From IMG/VR virus record IMGVR_UViG_2706795985_000001, positions 1 to 64,000 of that record: DNA of 64,000 nucleotides. One strand, written 5' to 3'. Origin of the DNA: a virus. Its lineage: Duplodnaviria; Caudoviricetes. The notes beneath the pieces were generated by a model. It ran no database searches. It had not been told where the DNA came from and saw only the letters and a list, made by a program, of their open reading frames with translations. Below are positions 1 to 10,818 of this stretch, piece by piece. Every line of letters begins with the position of its first letter. The stretch's first letter is position 1. Position numbers and translations under genes: made by a program.

Positions 1-40
1 AAGTAAGTGTCGCACAAACCCTGATTTTCCAGAAGACAAA

Positions 41-66
41 AGAAAACCCTCACGAAGAGGGCTTGC
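41..66 (-). terminator. Rho-independent terminator (minus strand)
   Basis: Minus strand reads AAGCCCTC-loop-GAGGGTTTTCTT, downstream of the 92-655 ORF. Confidence 0.6.
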
Positions 67-91
67 TTATTTTTGGCGGGAGTTTGGCATC

Positions 92-655
92 TCATAGGGA
101 AAGAAGCCTTGCTGCTGTCGCAGCGGGGATAGCATACTTGTCAACGAGTGCTGCCATCTTCAGACGGATATAACCTTGGTAGTAGTCATTTGCAGCTTCA
201 GGGCTTGTAAACTTCCCCATAACGTGCTGGCGATTATCTACGTCCTTCGTCTGTACATACCATGTGTTGGTAGCTTTCTTTACTCCACACATTGGTATGG
301 TGTAACACTTGAGTAGTTGGTTCACTTGCTCGGGTACGAAGACGACTGTATCAGGTGAGTACACACTACCTCCGTCACAATCCTTGTCCATAGGCCAGTC
401 ATCAATACTATTCTCCGAATACCACTGTGCAAAGGCTTGAAAGTCATGCCACTGCTTGCACACGAACTTCCCCTTCCCGCTGTATTGTGCGTAAGCTTGG
501 TTACTTGGGTTGTAACACCTTGACATCATTGTAGCCCACCTTGAATATTCTTTGGTGGGTTTTCTATCTTTACTGACTTGCCACCCGCCACCTGAGTTAT
601 AACCGTATTTCAATTTAAAATTCCTCCAATATTTGACTGGTCTATCATAACACAC
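92..655 (-). CDS. HNH-family homing endonuclease (likely start TTG near 613)
   Basis: RWATMMSRCYNP...QWHDFQAF...DKD...VYSPDTVVFVP, same pattern as the other HNH-type ORFs here; GGAGG RBS precedes TTG. Confidence 0.7.
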   Translation of the reverse strand: MCYDRPVKYWRNFKLKYGYNSGGGWQVSKDRKPTKEYSRWATMMSRCYNPSNQAYAQYSGKGKFVCKQWHDFQAFAQWYSENSIDDWPMDKDCDGGSVYSPDTVVFVPEQVNQLLKCYTIPMCGVKKATNTWYVQTKDVDNRQHVMGKFTSPEAANDYYQGYIRLKMAALVDKYAIPAATAARLLSL

Positions 656-692
656 TGTGTGGGTTACTATATAGTTATATTTCCTACGGAAA

Positions 693-727
693 CTAAAAAG
701 CCCTCAATTAAGAGGGCTTTATTTTTG
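693..727. terminator. Bidirectional intrinsic terminator
   Basis: AAAAAGCCCTC-aattaa-GAGGGCTTTATTTTT. Confidence 0.7.
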
Positions 728-846
728 GCGGCGGGGGGTCAATTTGAGGGTGTAACATCAGACACCTTGACCCACTTACCTTCCGGGTCAATCGCCATCT
801 CTTCTGTCGCACCACACATCCACATTGTGCAGTCTCAATTGTCATA

Positions 847-1080
847 TCAGCTAATACGGAAAACCGCACTCCCTTGATTGTCCAATCCATGGAAGGTGAG
901 TTTCATCTTGTTTAGTGTATTGATCCACTGGAGGAATGTTGGTTCGTTGTTGCTGGTGTGTCTAACATGATCTGGTATAGGTAGAAGTATAAAGTCTCCC
1001 ACATCTCCAGCAACACACTCTTCGCCTAGTTCTATTACTACGTACATTAGGTCTCTCCTAGAATACACAGGATTGTGCAT
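847..1080 (-). CDS. Hypothetical protein
   Basis: 77-aa ORF downstream of the promoter at 1086-1113. Confidence 0.6.
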   Translation of the reverse strand: MHNPVYSRRDLMYVVIELGEECVAGDVGDFILLPIPDHVRHTSNNEPTFLQWINTLNKMKLTFHGLDNQGSAVFRIS

Positions 1081-1085
1081 ACTTT

Positions 1086-1113
1086 ATTTTAGCACGTTAG
1101 AAATGAGTGTCAA
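1086..1113 (-). promoter_or_regulatory. Sigma70-like promoter
   Basis: TTGACA-16 nt-TAAAAT on minus strand. Confidence 0.6.
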
Positions 1114-1123
1114 GAGTAGTACC

Positions 1124-2144
1124 TCAAGAGTAATACCTCAACCGAGATTGGGCATATCGAATGTTATCCTGCACATTGTTGTACTCTTCCTCTGACCTCA
1201 CTTCTATTGCAAATGATGTGTGAATCGTGACGTGTGAGAACTGCATACCTGCGATCTGCATACGCCACTCAGTATCATAGCAAGGAGCCACAACCCACTT
1301 GATCCTATCACTCTGGTCATGCCACTCAAAGACACGTTCCCTGAAGTGTCCTGTGTTGGTGCGTCTGAGAAATATTTCCACATCATTGTACAGATGTGCC
1401 CATGTTCCAAATAGTCTTAACTCTCTACTCATTTGTCTACTCCCATCTGACCCAAGCTGTACACTCACGGTCTTTATTCTTCTTGTCTTTGTAGTGTGCT
1501 GTACACACTGTGGCTTTATTCCCCATACGGTCTACAAACTCCTCAGTGATGAACTCTATAGAGTGAGTACTCTCAGCTTTCCATGGAGGGCTGTAAGGTA
1601 CTATCTTGCGTATGCCTATCATTTCATTTTCTCCACTGCTTGATCTCCTCCATCTTGACAGCAACGGCTACTCCAAAGATTATCAGGAAAAACAAAGAGA
1701 AGAATAGCCAAGCGGAGTATAACAGACTGCTGACAAGCAGTCCTACTGCTAATATCACCACAAGACAAGTTATAGCACCAGCTAAAAACTCTTTTAGTAC
1801 GCTCACTGATGCTTCAAATAATATTTTCATTATACCTCCTCAAGGCGTGCAATATTGATCCTCCTCCAATAGTTCGGACATTCTGATTGGTAGCAACCCT
1901 TAAAGCTATTGAACAATAGTCCAAACATTCCTCTAGGTTTCATTCCACTACCACAGAGAGGGCAAGGGTAGCCATTCACCCCCACTCGCATAGGTGGAGC
2001 TGCTGGGGTAGGCGGACGCTTTGCACCCTCAGTTGTATGAAAGTGGAATAGCTTTAAACTAAATAGCCTCTTCCATTCAAGGATTGTAAGCTCTGAGATA
2101 TTTTGGTCCCCAAGTAGGGTGTCCTTACGTTTCCAAAAAGACAA
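1124..2144 (-). CDS. Four tightly packed small hypothetical genes (1124-1468, 1437-1664, 1624-1830 membrane protein, 1830-2144 with CxxC)
   Basis: Overlapping start/stop codons, GGAG/GAGG RBSs; 1624-1830 has two hydrophobic stretches. Confidence 0.6.
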
Positions 2145-2281
2145 TACTCACTCTGGTTTCTCCCCTTTGATATATTTTTGCATCAGCACTTTATAATCAA
2201 GCACCTCTTCAGGGTGTGCATTCTTGTAAGCTGCAACCCACCAACCCCAACCACCTTCAGTGTTCTTACCCATTTTACCCA

Positions 2282-2569
2282 TTACAGACTCCTGTTTAAT
2301 AGCTTGTTCTGTTGAAAGGTTTTTAGCACACGTCCACTGATAGCGTCAGGGTGATCTTGAGAATGGTCAACGCCATTTACAAGGTAGGGCTCCCATTTCT
2401 CAGCCCACATCCCTGCATGGTTACGCAGGTGCATACCTAGATCATTGTGCATGCTGATCGTAGATGTACTGAGAAACCATTCTCTATCTTCCTCAGAGAA
2501 ATTCTCCCAGATGGATTCCATCAAAGAGTACGCACGCTCATAACTGGTTACTTTTTCCAATTGTAGCAC
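2282..2569 (-). CDS. Hypothetical protein
   Basis: 95-aa ORF behind TTGATT-17-TATAAT promoter (about 2594-2622). Confidence 0.6.
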   Translation of the reverse strand: MLQLEKVTSYERAYSLMESIWENFSEEDREWFLSTSTISMHNDLGMHLRNHAGMWAEKWEPYLVNGVDHSQDHPDAISGRVLKTFQQNKLLNRSL

Positions 2570-2645
2570 CCCTTAAAGCGTTGATGCCATAATTATAATG
2601 ATAATCCATAACATAATCAACATCAGAAAATCTTCATCGTTCATG

Positions 2646-3716
2646 TCATTCTCCCCAGTATGTCAATTCTTCATCAACTGCGTCTTTCGCACTGAAGGAG
2701 GGGTTTATCTCATCTTGCCAGCGGCCACTATTGTGCAGACTCTCTGCAAGGTCAACACAATCTTTCCACTCTGCCTGTGTAAATAGCCCAATATCGTACA
2801 TGTAGGCAATTGCGTCAGCAATCCACTCCTTCACTTGATCATTTTTCATACAACCCTCCCTCGGCTACAAATATCTGTTAGATTTTCATCACATAGGTCG
2901 TACAACTCTTGGGCAAGTCCCCTACTGACAGGGTACTTTCTTTCGTAGAGCTGGACCATCTTATGTGCTACGTTATTTTGACGTGTTGTCTTGCAACTGT
3001 TGATCACATCAACCACTTTCCAGTAGTCGCTCATTTGTCAAACCCCCTGTTAGATTCCAACTTTCAAGCTCATCCCACAATGTAAGGCTGAAAGTCTTGA
3101 CTGGCGTGATATAAGCCCGTGCGTATGCACGGATTTCCTCATTCATTGGGGCTTCAAACCAAGGGAGTGGTTCTTCCGCCCCGCAGGTAGGACACACTTC
3201 AGGTATTTTCATCTTTAAGTGTCCCTTTGATTTCAATTTGGCGTACTACGCCATTTTCCCTCGCGGCCACGTGCATCCTACCGGATGCGTCGAACTCAAC
3301 ATGGATGGATTCTAGCACCAGATCTTGGGTCTCTGCAAGCAGTCTCTTCAGCTGCTCAAGGTGCTTGTCATCAAGACTTTTCAAGCGACCACCTCCTCCC
3401 AAGGAACAGTGTTGATGTCAAACTCAGCCAGAGTGAACATCATCTCCACGGATTCACCAAGCTCATTATACACACTATAACTCACCATAGACTCAGAGTA
3501 CATAAACTCTGGGAACCAGACACTCCAAATCCTTGTGCGAATGCCATAAGGCACACCTACAGGGATATTGCTCAGGATTTGGTTGAACGCCAGCTCCTCA
3601 GACAGTACCATTGGCAAAGCAACTACATAAAAATTAATGCACTTTTGCTTCATTGGAAATGCCAAGCTGTAGTCAGCAACCATTCCGCCCGGACGGCAAG
3701 GGTAATCATTAAACAT
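2646..3716 (-). CDS. Run of small hypothetical genes (2646-2849, 2846-3034, 3009-3236, 3199-3402, 3381-3716)
   Basis: Translationally coupled ORFs with GGAGG RBSs. Confidence 0.6.
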
Positions 3717-3825
3717 TTTAACACTCCTCTTTATTTGATGTGGCTATCTTAACCCGTAATCACCAGACACGTCAACCACTTTTCTGCAGGCGAAGAAAAG
3801 GCGGGACAAGCCCGCCTAAAAGGTG

Positions 3826-4164
3826 TTACTCAGTTGATTGTGCAGCAGGAATGAATTCCGGCATAGGAAGCAAGGCTGCTGGATTTGTTGTTGGTACGGA
3901 AGGCCAGAGTTTTGCCTCTTCAATCAAGTATTCGCGCTGCTTTAACCTACCATGCCCACCATCTGCGTAGTACACGTGGTATTGTGTAACTACAGCTTTA
4001 TGATTACCCGGAGGTTCTTGTGCCACAGCTGCTTTGTAAGGAACCAAATCAGCACTGCCCCTCTCCGTAATGTCGATCCACTCATCCCTCAGGTAAGGAC
4101 CAGCTCCAGCGTTATCCAAAACGCCAACCCATGCGATGATATAAACCATCACTCTTTGTGTCAT
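3826..4164 (-). CDS. Hypothetical protein
   Basis: AGGAG RBS before ATG; hairpin with T-run downstream near 3795-3822. Confidence 0.6.
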   Translation of the reverse strand: MTQRVMVYIIAWVGVLDNAGAGPYLRDEWIDITERGSADLVPYKAAVAQEPPGNHKAVVTQYHVYYADGGHGRLKQREYLIEEAKLWPSVPTTNPAALLPMPEFIPAAQSTE

Positions 4165-4395
4165 GTGAATCTCCTAAAATGAGAGGTCAAAAGTTTCAAC
4201 CCCTTCAAGCCTATTGTACAGTAGTTTGTCGGCAACTGCAAGAAGATTATCAGCAATATCCTGTCTGTAACTCTGATAATCCAGCCAACCGTTTACTGCT
4301 TTTCTTATACAGGCTTCTCGGTTTTCCTGCCACATAGCGTGTGCTTGTTCTGTGTTCTGTAGTCCGCATCCATGCGGAATTCGCTTAATTTTCTC

Positions 4396-5034
4396 TTACC
4401 CATTTGGACTCCTGTATGATTGTTCTACAGCGTACTGTACCATATCTAGCAGGATATGTACACCACGATTGTAAGTTGCCCCCGTTACCCAGCGAGCTTC
4501 CTCAACCTTATCTAGCATATAGAGCTTGTCGTCATGGTCTAGCAGGTTGACGCCTTGGACGAACTGCTCACAAATATGCTCAAGACGCTTTGCGTACTCC
4601 TCACTCTGTTCAGCCTCGATCAGTGCTTCAAACATCAGTCAAAATCTCCTAAGTCTTTATGAATTGTGGTATCCCAGTGTACCACGTAGCCCTGCTTGGA
4701 TGGAAACCTTTCTTGCAAATCTTCTCTCGAAAACTCGTCAGCATCAAAGATTCCCACGATGCAGTCCCAACCCAGTTCAACACTGGTTACAACGTATACT
4801 TGGCTCACCATGTCATTGCTCCAGAGTAACTTTGCCTTGGAAGACAGAGTATTCATCAATAATCCACTGCTCGCCATACAAACCTGAATCGAGAGCAACG
4901 CCCGGAAACTCATCTCCCATAACAATACCCGTGCTCATTACAACATATGAAGGATCCTCCTTCCAATATAGGAGTGTGCCAGACACTACCTCTGGAACAG
5001 CTCTCGCATCAGTGTCAACAATCATTTTTGCCAT
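4396..5034 (-). CDS. Small hypothetical genes (4396-4635, about 4635-4808, 4813-5034)
   Basis: Coupled ORFs with RBSs. Confidence 0.5.
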
Positions 5035-5346
5035 TATTCACTCCTTATAATATTTGAAACACTCGACTTGGAAACTCCAAATCTTAGTGCTGTGCCTACA
5101 ACCCCATGGGTTGACGATCTTGGCACATAGTATGCCTTGATTTGCTCAATGATGGCGTTAGCCTTCTTGCGGCCAGCGAACGTGAAGTCACCTAGATGAT
5201 AAACTTCGTCAAATAAGCCTACACGGCTATTCCAGCGACGTACAATCTCTGCATCCTGTTCCTCATAGGTCCAAGGACGGTTGCAACACTCGATCACATT
5301 TTTTATGGCCGAAGTGTAAATCTGAGGTAAACCAAATATTACTCAT
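5034..5346 (-). pseudogene. Truncated calcineurin-like metallophosphoesterase fused to an HTH tail of endonuclease type
   Basis: MSNIWFTSDLHFGHK from ATG 5346; frameshift in a T6 run near 5299-5304; HLGDF present; GNH motif absent; reading switches near 5142 to IKAYYVPRSSTHG...FGVSKSSVSNII. Confidence 0.65.
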
Positions 5347-6011
5347 TTAAGACTCCTTGTTATAGAACCCTCTGAGAGTTCTTTTGAAATTTTCAAATGG
5401 CAGTTAGCCAGCACTTTAACTACGTCCTTGTCAAGACTTGGGTATTCAAAAATAATTCTCTCAACCTCTGATATCTTAGCTGACTGCCAAGCCTTGTGCG
5501 CTTTCAGTCTATCAGTAAACACCCCAAGATACTTCTTCTTACCATAAACCATAGCTTGAGCTATGTAAGGCTTCTCTCTTCCGTCTTCAAACTTCAGTCT
5601 TGTGCCCGGTATTGGTAAATGAACATTTTCCGAAAAGAAAGAGTTTACATCTGAAGGCACAAACCTGCAAGTTTTTTGAGAGTAGATATTTCCGTCTCCA
5701 AGAATATCTTTATCCAGCACGAGCCCAGACCATTCTTGCGGCTCCATCCACTTTTTAAAATTTGAGAATACAAGCCAATCTTGGCAAACTACGACCATCT
5801 CATAAGTAGGGTTGGCTTTAAGCGAGCTTACAGAGTAGCACCTACGTAACATCGAGTGCCACCTGTCAAAAATAGGGCACCTATCATCTCTGTTTTTAGG
5901 CTGAGTAATATAATCGGCATCATTTATACCAACACCGTAAATAAGCTTCCTTGAATTTTGTCTTATCATTTTATGGTCTCCATAAAAGAAGCCCTCCTTG
6001 TTGGAGGGCAT
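5343..6011 (-). CDS. HNH-family homing endonuclease
   Basis: YGVGINDADY...RWHSMLRRCY...WLVFSNFKKW...LDKDILG...YSQKTCRFV. Confidence 0.75.
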   Translation of the reverse strand: MPSNKEGFFYGDHKMIRQNSRKLIYGVGINDADYITQPKNRDDRCPIFDRWHSMLRRCYSVSSLKANPTYEMVVVCQDWLVFSNFKKWMEPQEWSGLVLDKDILGDGNIYSQKTCRFVPSDVNSFFSENVHLPIPGTRLKFEDGREKPYIAQAMVYGKKKYLGVFTDRLKAHKAWQSAKISEVERIIFEYPSLDKDVVKVLANCHLKISKELSEGSITRSLK

Positions 6012-6016
6012 TCAAA

Positions 6017-6466
6017 TTAAAGGCCGAGTAAGCCTTCAACAGTTTTGTTCAGTGGTCTGATCATTGGATCAAGTGTCATAACTTGTCCATGTTTACTGAC
6101 AGACAGCTTTACCCTTTTGACAAGCTTGGAAGCTTCTGCAAGCTTCACACCCAGAACGCTAAAGCCTTCCTTGACAGGTGTGCAGCTTGGCCAAGCAATG
6201 GAGTTTTCATCAATTGACCAGTCATCCAGTTTAAGGTTGTGCATCTTGCACGCTGTAGAAAAACTCAGGTAACGGTTCCCTTGGAAAACTTTCTGCTCGG
6301 TCACGAAACGACCCGGCCTACCTTCAGTATCTAGGTTGTACCCCAGTGCGTACATGAAGTTCAATACAGAACGAACCTGCACAACAGATGTATCCAGAAT
6401 CTCAAAATCTTTTTCTACAGTCATAACAGATGTATCCAGAATCTCAAAATCTTTTTCTACAGTCAT
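6017..6466 (-). CDS. Hypothetical protein (true start likely ATG 6466)
   Basis: AAGGGAG RBS before ATG 6466; upstream extension of the track ORF overlaps the HNH gene. Confidence 0.6.
   Translation of the reverse strand: MTVEKDFEILDTSVMTVEKDFEILDTSVVQVRSVLNFMYALGYNLDTEGRPGRFVTEQKVFQGNRYLSFSTACKMHNLKLDDWSIDENSIAWPSCTPVKEGFSVLGVKLAEASKLVKRVKLSVSKHGQVMTLDPMIRPLNKTVEGLLGL
6383..6466. repeat. Perfect 42-bp tandem duplication (MTVEKDFEILDTSV x2)
   Basis: 6383-6424 is identical to 6425-6466. Confidence 0.95.
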
Positions 6467-6476
6467 ATTTTCTCCC

Positions 6477-7031
6477 TTATTTACCATGTCTTTGAGAAAA
6501 GCCTTTTCCGGCTTCCCATTCTTTTCTAGCGGCCACTGCATCAGAAAACTCTGAGAAATACCCAATAGTCTTCTTTTCTTTATTGTGAGTCCCCGTAGCC
6601 ACCCACTTAGAATACCTAGAGTACCACCTGACGCCAACACAACCACTAGAATTTGTTTTGTACATGCGCTTATTATGCATATTTTCGGAGTGTGTTGCAA
6701 GAATTAAATTTTCAGGGTCATTATTCAATCCATTTCCGTCTTTGTGGTCTATAAAGCCATCTGGGTAGTTTCCGTGGAATATCGCCCATGAAGCGACGTG
6801 GGCCAAAACCTGATACCTAACTCCGCAATGTGTTATCCAGATGATTCTGTATAAATTCTTTGGCCCAAGTAAAGTCCCTGCCTCAGATTTTGAATACCTG
6901 CCATTAAATATGTTCATTCCTCTGGCATTCTTAAAATGGGATAGAGGTCGCTCCTTCCAGTAGAGAGTACTGCCCCTAAGGGCTAGACACTCTTTCAAGA
7001 CCTCAAATGGAGGGTAAGAACTTTCCATCAA
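6477..7031 (-). CDS. HNH endonuclease with AP2-like C-terminus
   Basis: AHVASWAIFHG...IDHKDGNGLNNDPENL...ENMHN...SGCVGVRW. Confidence 0.8.
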   Translation of the reverse strand: MMESSYPPFEVLKECLALRGSTLYWKERPLSHFKNARGMNIFNGRYSKSEAGTLLGPKNLYRIIWITHCGVRYQVLAHVASWAIFHGNYPDGFIDHKDGNGLNNDPENLILATHSENMHNKRMYKTNSSGCVGVRWYSRYSKWVATGTHNKEKKTIGYFSEFSDAVAARKEWEAGKGFSQRHGK

Positions 7032-8223
7032 CTACCTCCCCATCTCTAATTAACTTCCCGCAAGGAAATTGTGGTAGCAGCGTACCTTTATACCTTGTCT
7101 GGTAGTCTACTGTTAGATATTTACCAATGCGAGAACCTTTTTCATTTAATGCTTTAAGTCTATCTGTCAGGCTTCCCATTACCACTTGAAATGTAAGATC
7201 GTTAAGATCATTCTTACAAACGTAGACACCGTTACCCTGTTTATCAGCTACAACATCCAATATTTCAAATTCACTATCAACCATTTCTTTGAACTTTTGC
7301 AAATCTGCGGAACGTTTACCGCTCTCGTACAAGCCTTTGAAATTTCGAAGCATGGCTCCTTCAAAACCTTGAGCTACTGCAAATTTATGAAAAGTTTTCA
7401 TAGCCTCTTCATCAGCTAAGTAGCCATACTCAGTAATTTGAATAAGTGGTGATACTATCGTAATAGCACACAGCTCGTCAAGGTCTTTTACACGCTCTTC
7501 AAAGGTCTTGTCAGACACAACGTCGAAGATGTGGAATTCAAGCTGTGGACGCAACTCATGGATTCTTACAGCTTCCTCAAGTTCAGCATTCAGCTTGGCG
7601 TACTCAGGAGCGTCAGACAAATCAGTCAAACCGCTGACATACTTCTCCAGCTTACGCAGGGCTTTGTCAATCTCTTTTTGAGTGTCTGTACGCTTCACAG
7701 CGGACACGATATCCTGAAGCTCGTAGCCATGCTTATAAATCTCACCATCCCAGATGTCGCCATCCTGCATGTGAATGGTCAGGATAGCTTGCAGGTTTGG
7801 AAGGTCGTAAGCCTGAGATGTACGAGACTCGATCGTCACAACACCGTTTCGCTTCTTAGCCAGAGCACGAACACCGTCATACTTTATAGAGCCGTAGCAC
7901 GGATACTCGATGCGATGGCCTTGCTTGCGATAGTCAGCAGCCAGCATTGCAAGGATGTCAATCTCTTGCAGGTCGTCTTTGCTCTCGCGGTAGTTCTTGT
8001 CTTCCTGCTTCTTGATGCGAGCTTTGGCTTCGAAGACAGCTTGCTCAAAGGCGTTACGGCCTTGCTTGCCAGCACCAAAGTAGTCAGTCTTCTCGGTTTG
8101 CTTGCCACCTTCTTTGCCGTGGTTGATCACCAGATAAGCATCACCATTCAGACCATCCTTCACTTTGATAGTCCAAACCTTGAAGCCGCCATTTTTATTC
8201 AAACCCCCTAAAGTTTTAATCAT
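7003..8223 (-). CDS. lig: ATP-dependent DNA ligase
   Basis: Motif I KYDGVR, DGEIY, FHIFD, EGAMLR, C-terminal OB fold (LTVDYQ...PQFP). Confidence 0.9.
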   Translation of the reverse strand: MIKTLGGLNKNGGFKVWTIKVKDGLNGDAYLVINHGKEGGKQTEKTDYFGAGKQGRNAFEQAVFEAKARIKKQEDKNYRESKDDLQEIDILAMLAADYRKQGHRIEYPCYGSIKYDGVRALAKKRNGVVTIESRTSQAYDLPNLQAILTIHMQDGDIWDGEIYKHGYELQDIVSAVKRTDTQKEIDKALRKLEKYVSGLTDLSDAPEYAKLNAELEEAVRIHELRPQLEFHIFDVVSDKTFEERVKDLDELCAITIVSPLIQITEYGYLADEEAMKTFHKFAVAQGFEGAMLRNFKGLYESGKRSADLQKFKEMVDSEFEILDVVADKQGNGVYVCKNDLNDLTFQVVMGSLTDRLKALNEKGSRIGKYLTVDYQTRYKGTLLPQFPCGKLIRDGEVVDGKFLPSI

Positions 8224-8650
8224 TCGTCATCCGCCATTTCATTGATACGCTTTTGAAGTGCGTCTTCGTACTCATATGTCTCTGTACGAGTGTACATCGC
8301 ATTAAGGTCAATACTGTACACGTAGGCAAGCTCGTCGCCAAGGTCTTTTTCAACCAACTCAACAAATTCGTCAACGCTCTCCACTCTGTCATAGGTGAAG
8401 AGATAACCATCACCAGACTCAGTTTTCAGATAAACTGAAACGATTGTCACACTCATTCATCTCCCTCCTTCAATTCTTTAACATCGCCAACACGGCGAGA
8501 GCAGTAGCCATCACCCAGATCAATTGCTCCGTTACCAACACCGATAAAGGCTCTTGGTCGCACCATGTCTTCTGTGAGAGTCACTATAACACCAGTCTCG
8601 CCACATTGGAAGCGTCTTCCAACCCAAACATCACTTCTAAACAGGCTCAT
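8220..8650 (-). CDS. Two hypothetical genes (8220-8456, 8453-8650)
   Basis: 4-bp overlaps and RBSs. Confidence 0.6.
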
Positions 8651-9159
8651 ACTTTGTCCTCCTGAACAACTCGTTCTAAATGTCTCCCACGTTCGTCAAC
8701 ACCTTCCCAGCGTGCAAGGTAGGGAATCGAACCCCAGTCTGAGAAGGCCAGACGCTCCACCACCACGTTGTATTTCAACAGGTAGTTGATCCCGTCTACC
8801 TTACGGTACTTATCCCGATAAACGACACGCTTCACTCCGGCACGTACCAAGAGTTTAGAGCACTCAAGGCAAGGTGAGAGAGTAACATACATTGTCGCCC
8901 CTTTGGTTGAAAGTCCCTGTTCAAGGCATTTGCCCAGCGAGTTCAACTCGGCGTGTACAACCTCTGGGTTCCCGTCAGGTGAGAATTCCCATTGATTAGG
9001 CCCACCACTTGCATGCCCGTTGAATCCACCCGACACGATTCCTGACGCCAATACGAGAGCACAGCCCACATGCGTGCGGGGGCAATGAGACTCATTTGCG
9101 TAGGCTTCTGCCGTCGCCATATGCATTTGGTCATAACGATTTTTAACTCCCATACTCAC
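8647..9159 (-). CDS. dCMP deaminase
   Basis: SHCPRTHVGC...GFNG...HAELN...TLSPCLECSK zinc motifs. Confidence 0.9.
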   Translation of the reverse strand: MSMGVKNRYDQMHMATAEAYANESHCPRTHVGCALVLASGIVSGGFNGHASGGPNQWEFSPDGNPEVVHAELNSLGKCLEQGLSTKGATMYVTLSPCLECSKLLVRAGVKRVVYRDKYRKVDGINYLLKYNVVVERLAFSDWGSIPYLARWEGVDERGRHLERVVQEDKV

Positions 9160-9745
9160 TGTACCTCTTAATCAATAGTCTAGCAATCTTAGCATCTGTT
9201 TGCATCTCTGCCAGACGAAATGCAAGTTCTAATTTCCTAGCTAGCCAAGCTTTATTTGCATCATGGGGATTTTCAAATAATCCTAAGTGCTCACTTTTCT
9301 TTGTAAATGGGTTACTACACTTAGCTTGGAACTTTCCACACTGAGTGTGTAGCCAAACTCCAATCGGCCATTCACCCCTCGAAGCTGTGGATTCAGTTAA
9401 GAATGTGTTTACAAGTGGGCTCACAAACACACAAGTTTCAGGGCTATATACTTTGTTCCCCGGAACAAGAAGGTCTTTATCTAGCTGTTTGCCTTCCCAG
9501 TCTTGGGTTTCCATCCAAGCTTTGAAGTTTGAGAACACCAACCACTCATTGCAGACATACTTGTCTTTGTAGGTTGGTCGCCTATCTTTAGTATAGGCGG
9601 AGTAACCCCTCTCTATCATGCCTTTCCATGCTGAATAGAATGGGCACTTCCAATACTTACCATCAGCCCTGCTGGTCACTGGGTAGTCAGCATCATTGAT
9701 GCCAACACCACAAATCAGTTTAGCTTTTTTCATAAGACTCCCCAA
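9143..9745 (-). CDS. HNH-family homing endonuclease
   Basis: CGVGINDADY...WLVFSNFKAW...LDKDLL...YSPETCVFV; closely similar to 57806-58375. Confidence 0.8.
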   Translation of the reverse strand: MGSLMKKAKLICGVGINDADYPVTSRADGKYWKCPFYSAWKGMIERGYSAYTKDRRPTYKDKYVCNEWLVFSNFKAWMETQDWEGKQLDKDLLVPGNKVYSPETCVFVSPLVNTFLTESTASRGEWPIGVWLHTQCGKFQAKCSNPFTKKSEHLGLFENPHDANKAWLARKLELAFRLAEMQTDAKIARLLIKRYSEYGS

Positions 9746-10046
9746 ACACCGCTAGTCTTGAAGCCCAAGGCGAACCACACCTATTACAGCGCCTCTTCCC
9801 AAGATACTCAGTTTTAGGCCAATCGCAGTAACCACACAAGCCGTCATCTTGAATGAAACCCCATGGCGGCTCTTCGTAATCATCTTTGTCCTGCTCATCG
9901 CTAGTCAGGAAGAATACATCATCTGCCCAGTATATTTCCTGTAGAAATGGATAAACTCCATCCTCAATGTTGCCAAAGACTATATCACAATCTCCATTTT
10001 CTTCAATTAGAGAATTTAACTTCTTCACCAAGTTGCTGGCCTTCAT
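9720..10046 (-). CDS. Hypothetical protein with C-terminal CxxC pairs
   Basis: 108-aa ORF in operon. Confidence 0.6.
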   Translation of the reverse strand: MKASNLVKKLNSLIEENGDCDIVFGNIEDGVYPFLQEIYWADDVFFLTSDEQDKDDYEEPPWGFIQDDGLCGYCDWPKTEYLGKRRCNRCGSPWASRLAVFGESYEKS

Positions 10047-10057
10047 CGTTTTTGTCC

Positions 10058-10398
10058 TTACGGGTACGGGTTGAATGTGGTCTTCTTGGAAGACCTCTCT
10101 TGACGTTTTTTGTCCTTCCAGTTAGCCGTGTATTTTCTTTGTTCTCCAACTCTGAGCCAAAGCCTATCTATCAGCGCTTTTGCCCTTTCTTCGGTCTTGG
10201 GTTCATGTCCTCCAAAGAATTCTTTCAGCTGTTCTTCGTCTGCCCAGAAAACCTCTAGATCAACCTCGTTAAGCATCTGAATTGCTGGAGCCCATAAATA
10301 TGTCGACATGTTATACCACCAACAGAAAACCTCGGCTCTGTAGGTTTTTGTTACGACATCATCAACTGTAGTCTCTGTGCATCTGATCCTTGTCTTCA
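10058..10398 (-). CDS. Hypothetical protein (start likely MKTRIRC)
   Basis: RBS before ATG 10398. Confidence 0.55.
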
Positions 10399-10811
10399 TC
10401 GTTTTTGTCCTCTTCGTAAGAAACCCACTCTTCACCAAATAGTTCTCGACCTTTGGCATCGTACACGGCATGAGCTTCCTCAGCAGTCTTAAAACAACCC
10501 AAGTACAGTCGTTTTCCATTATGCCTAATTCTTGCTACATACCGATTACTGGTTAGGCAGATTACGGGGTATCCATTGAAATTTCGTTCTGAGGCAGGCT
10601 TATTTTGCTGTTGAGTCGAAGCCGTGGCCCATCTCAGTGGATACGCTTTGAACAGCCTGTTGTCTCCGATCTTTAAGGTTCCGGTCCTAAGATTAAGTAT
10701 CTTACCACAGACACACTCACATGACCATAAAACTTCTCTTGATTTATTTCTAAGGCCAGAGTCACCTAAAACAGTAAGGTGTGTGAACACTTGTCCTGTT
10801 AAGTCCTTAAC
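10362..10811 (-). pseudogene. HNH-AP2 endonuclease with apparent internal deletion of the catalytic core
   Basis: DLTGQVFTHLTVL...WSCECVCG N-terminus and LRWAT..QQQN/AP2 C-terminus, no DRID-type core between them. Confidence 0.55.
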
Positions 10812-10818
10812 TGCCAGA

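Noticed and set aside
6467-6700. N-terminal extension of the 6017-6700 ORF
   Set aside because: Overlaps the HNH gene in another frame; the RBS supports ATG 6466
7531-8211. Long antisense ORFs opposite ligase, RNA ligase, MCP and SSB
   Set aside because: Typical shadow frames of codon-biased genes
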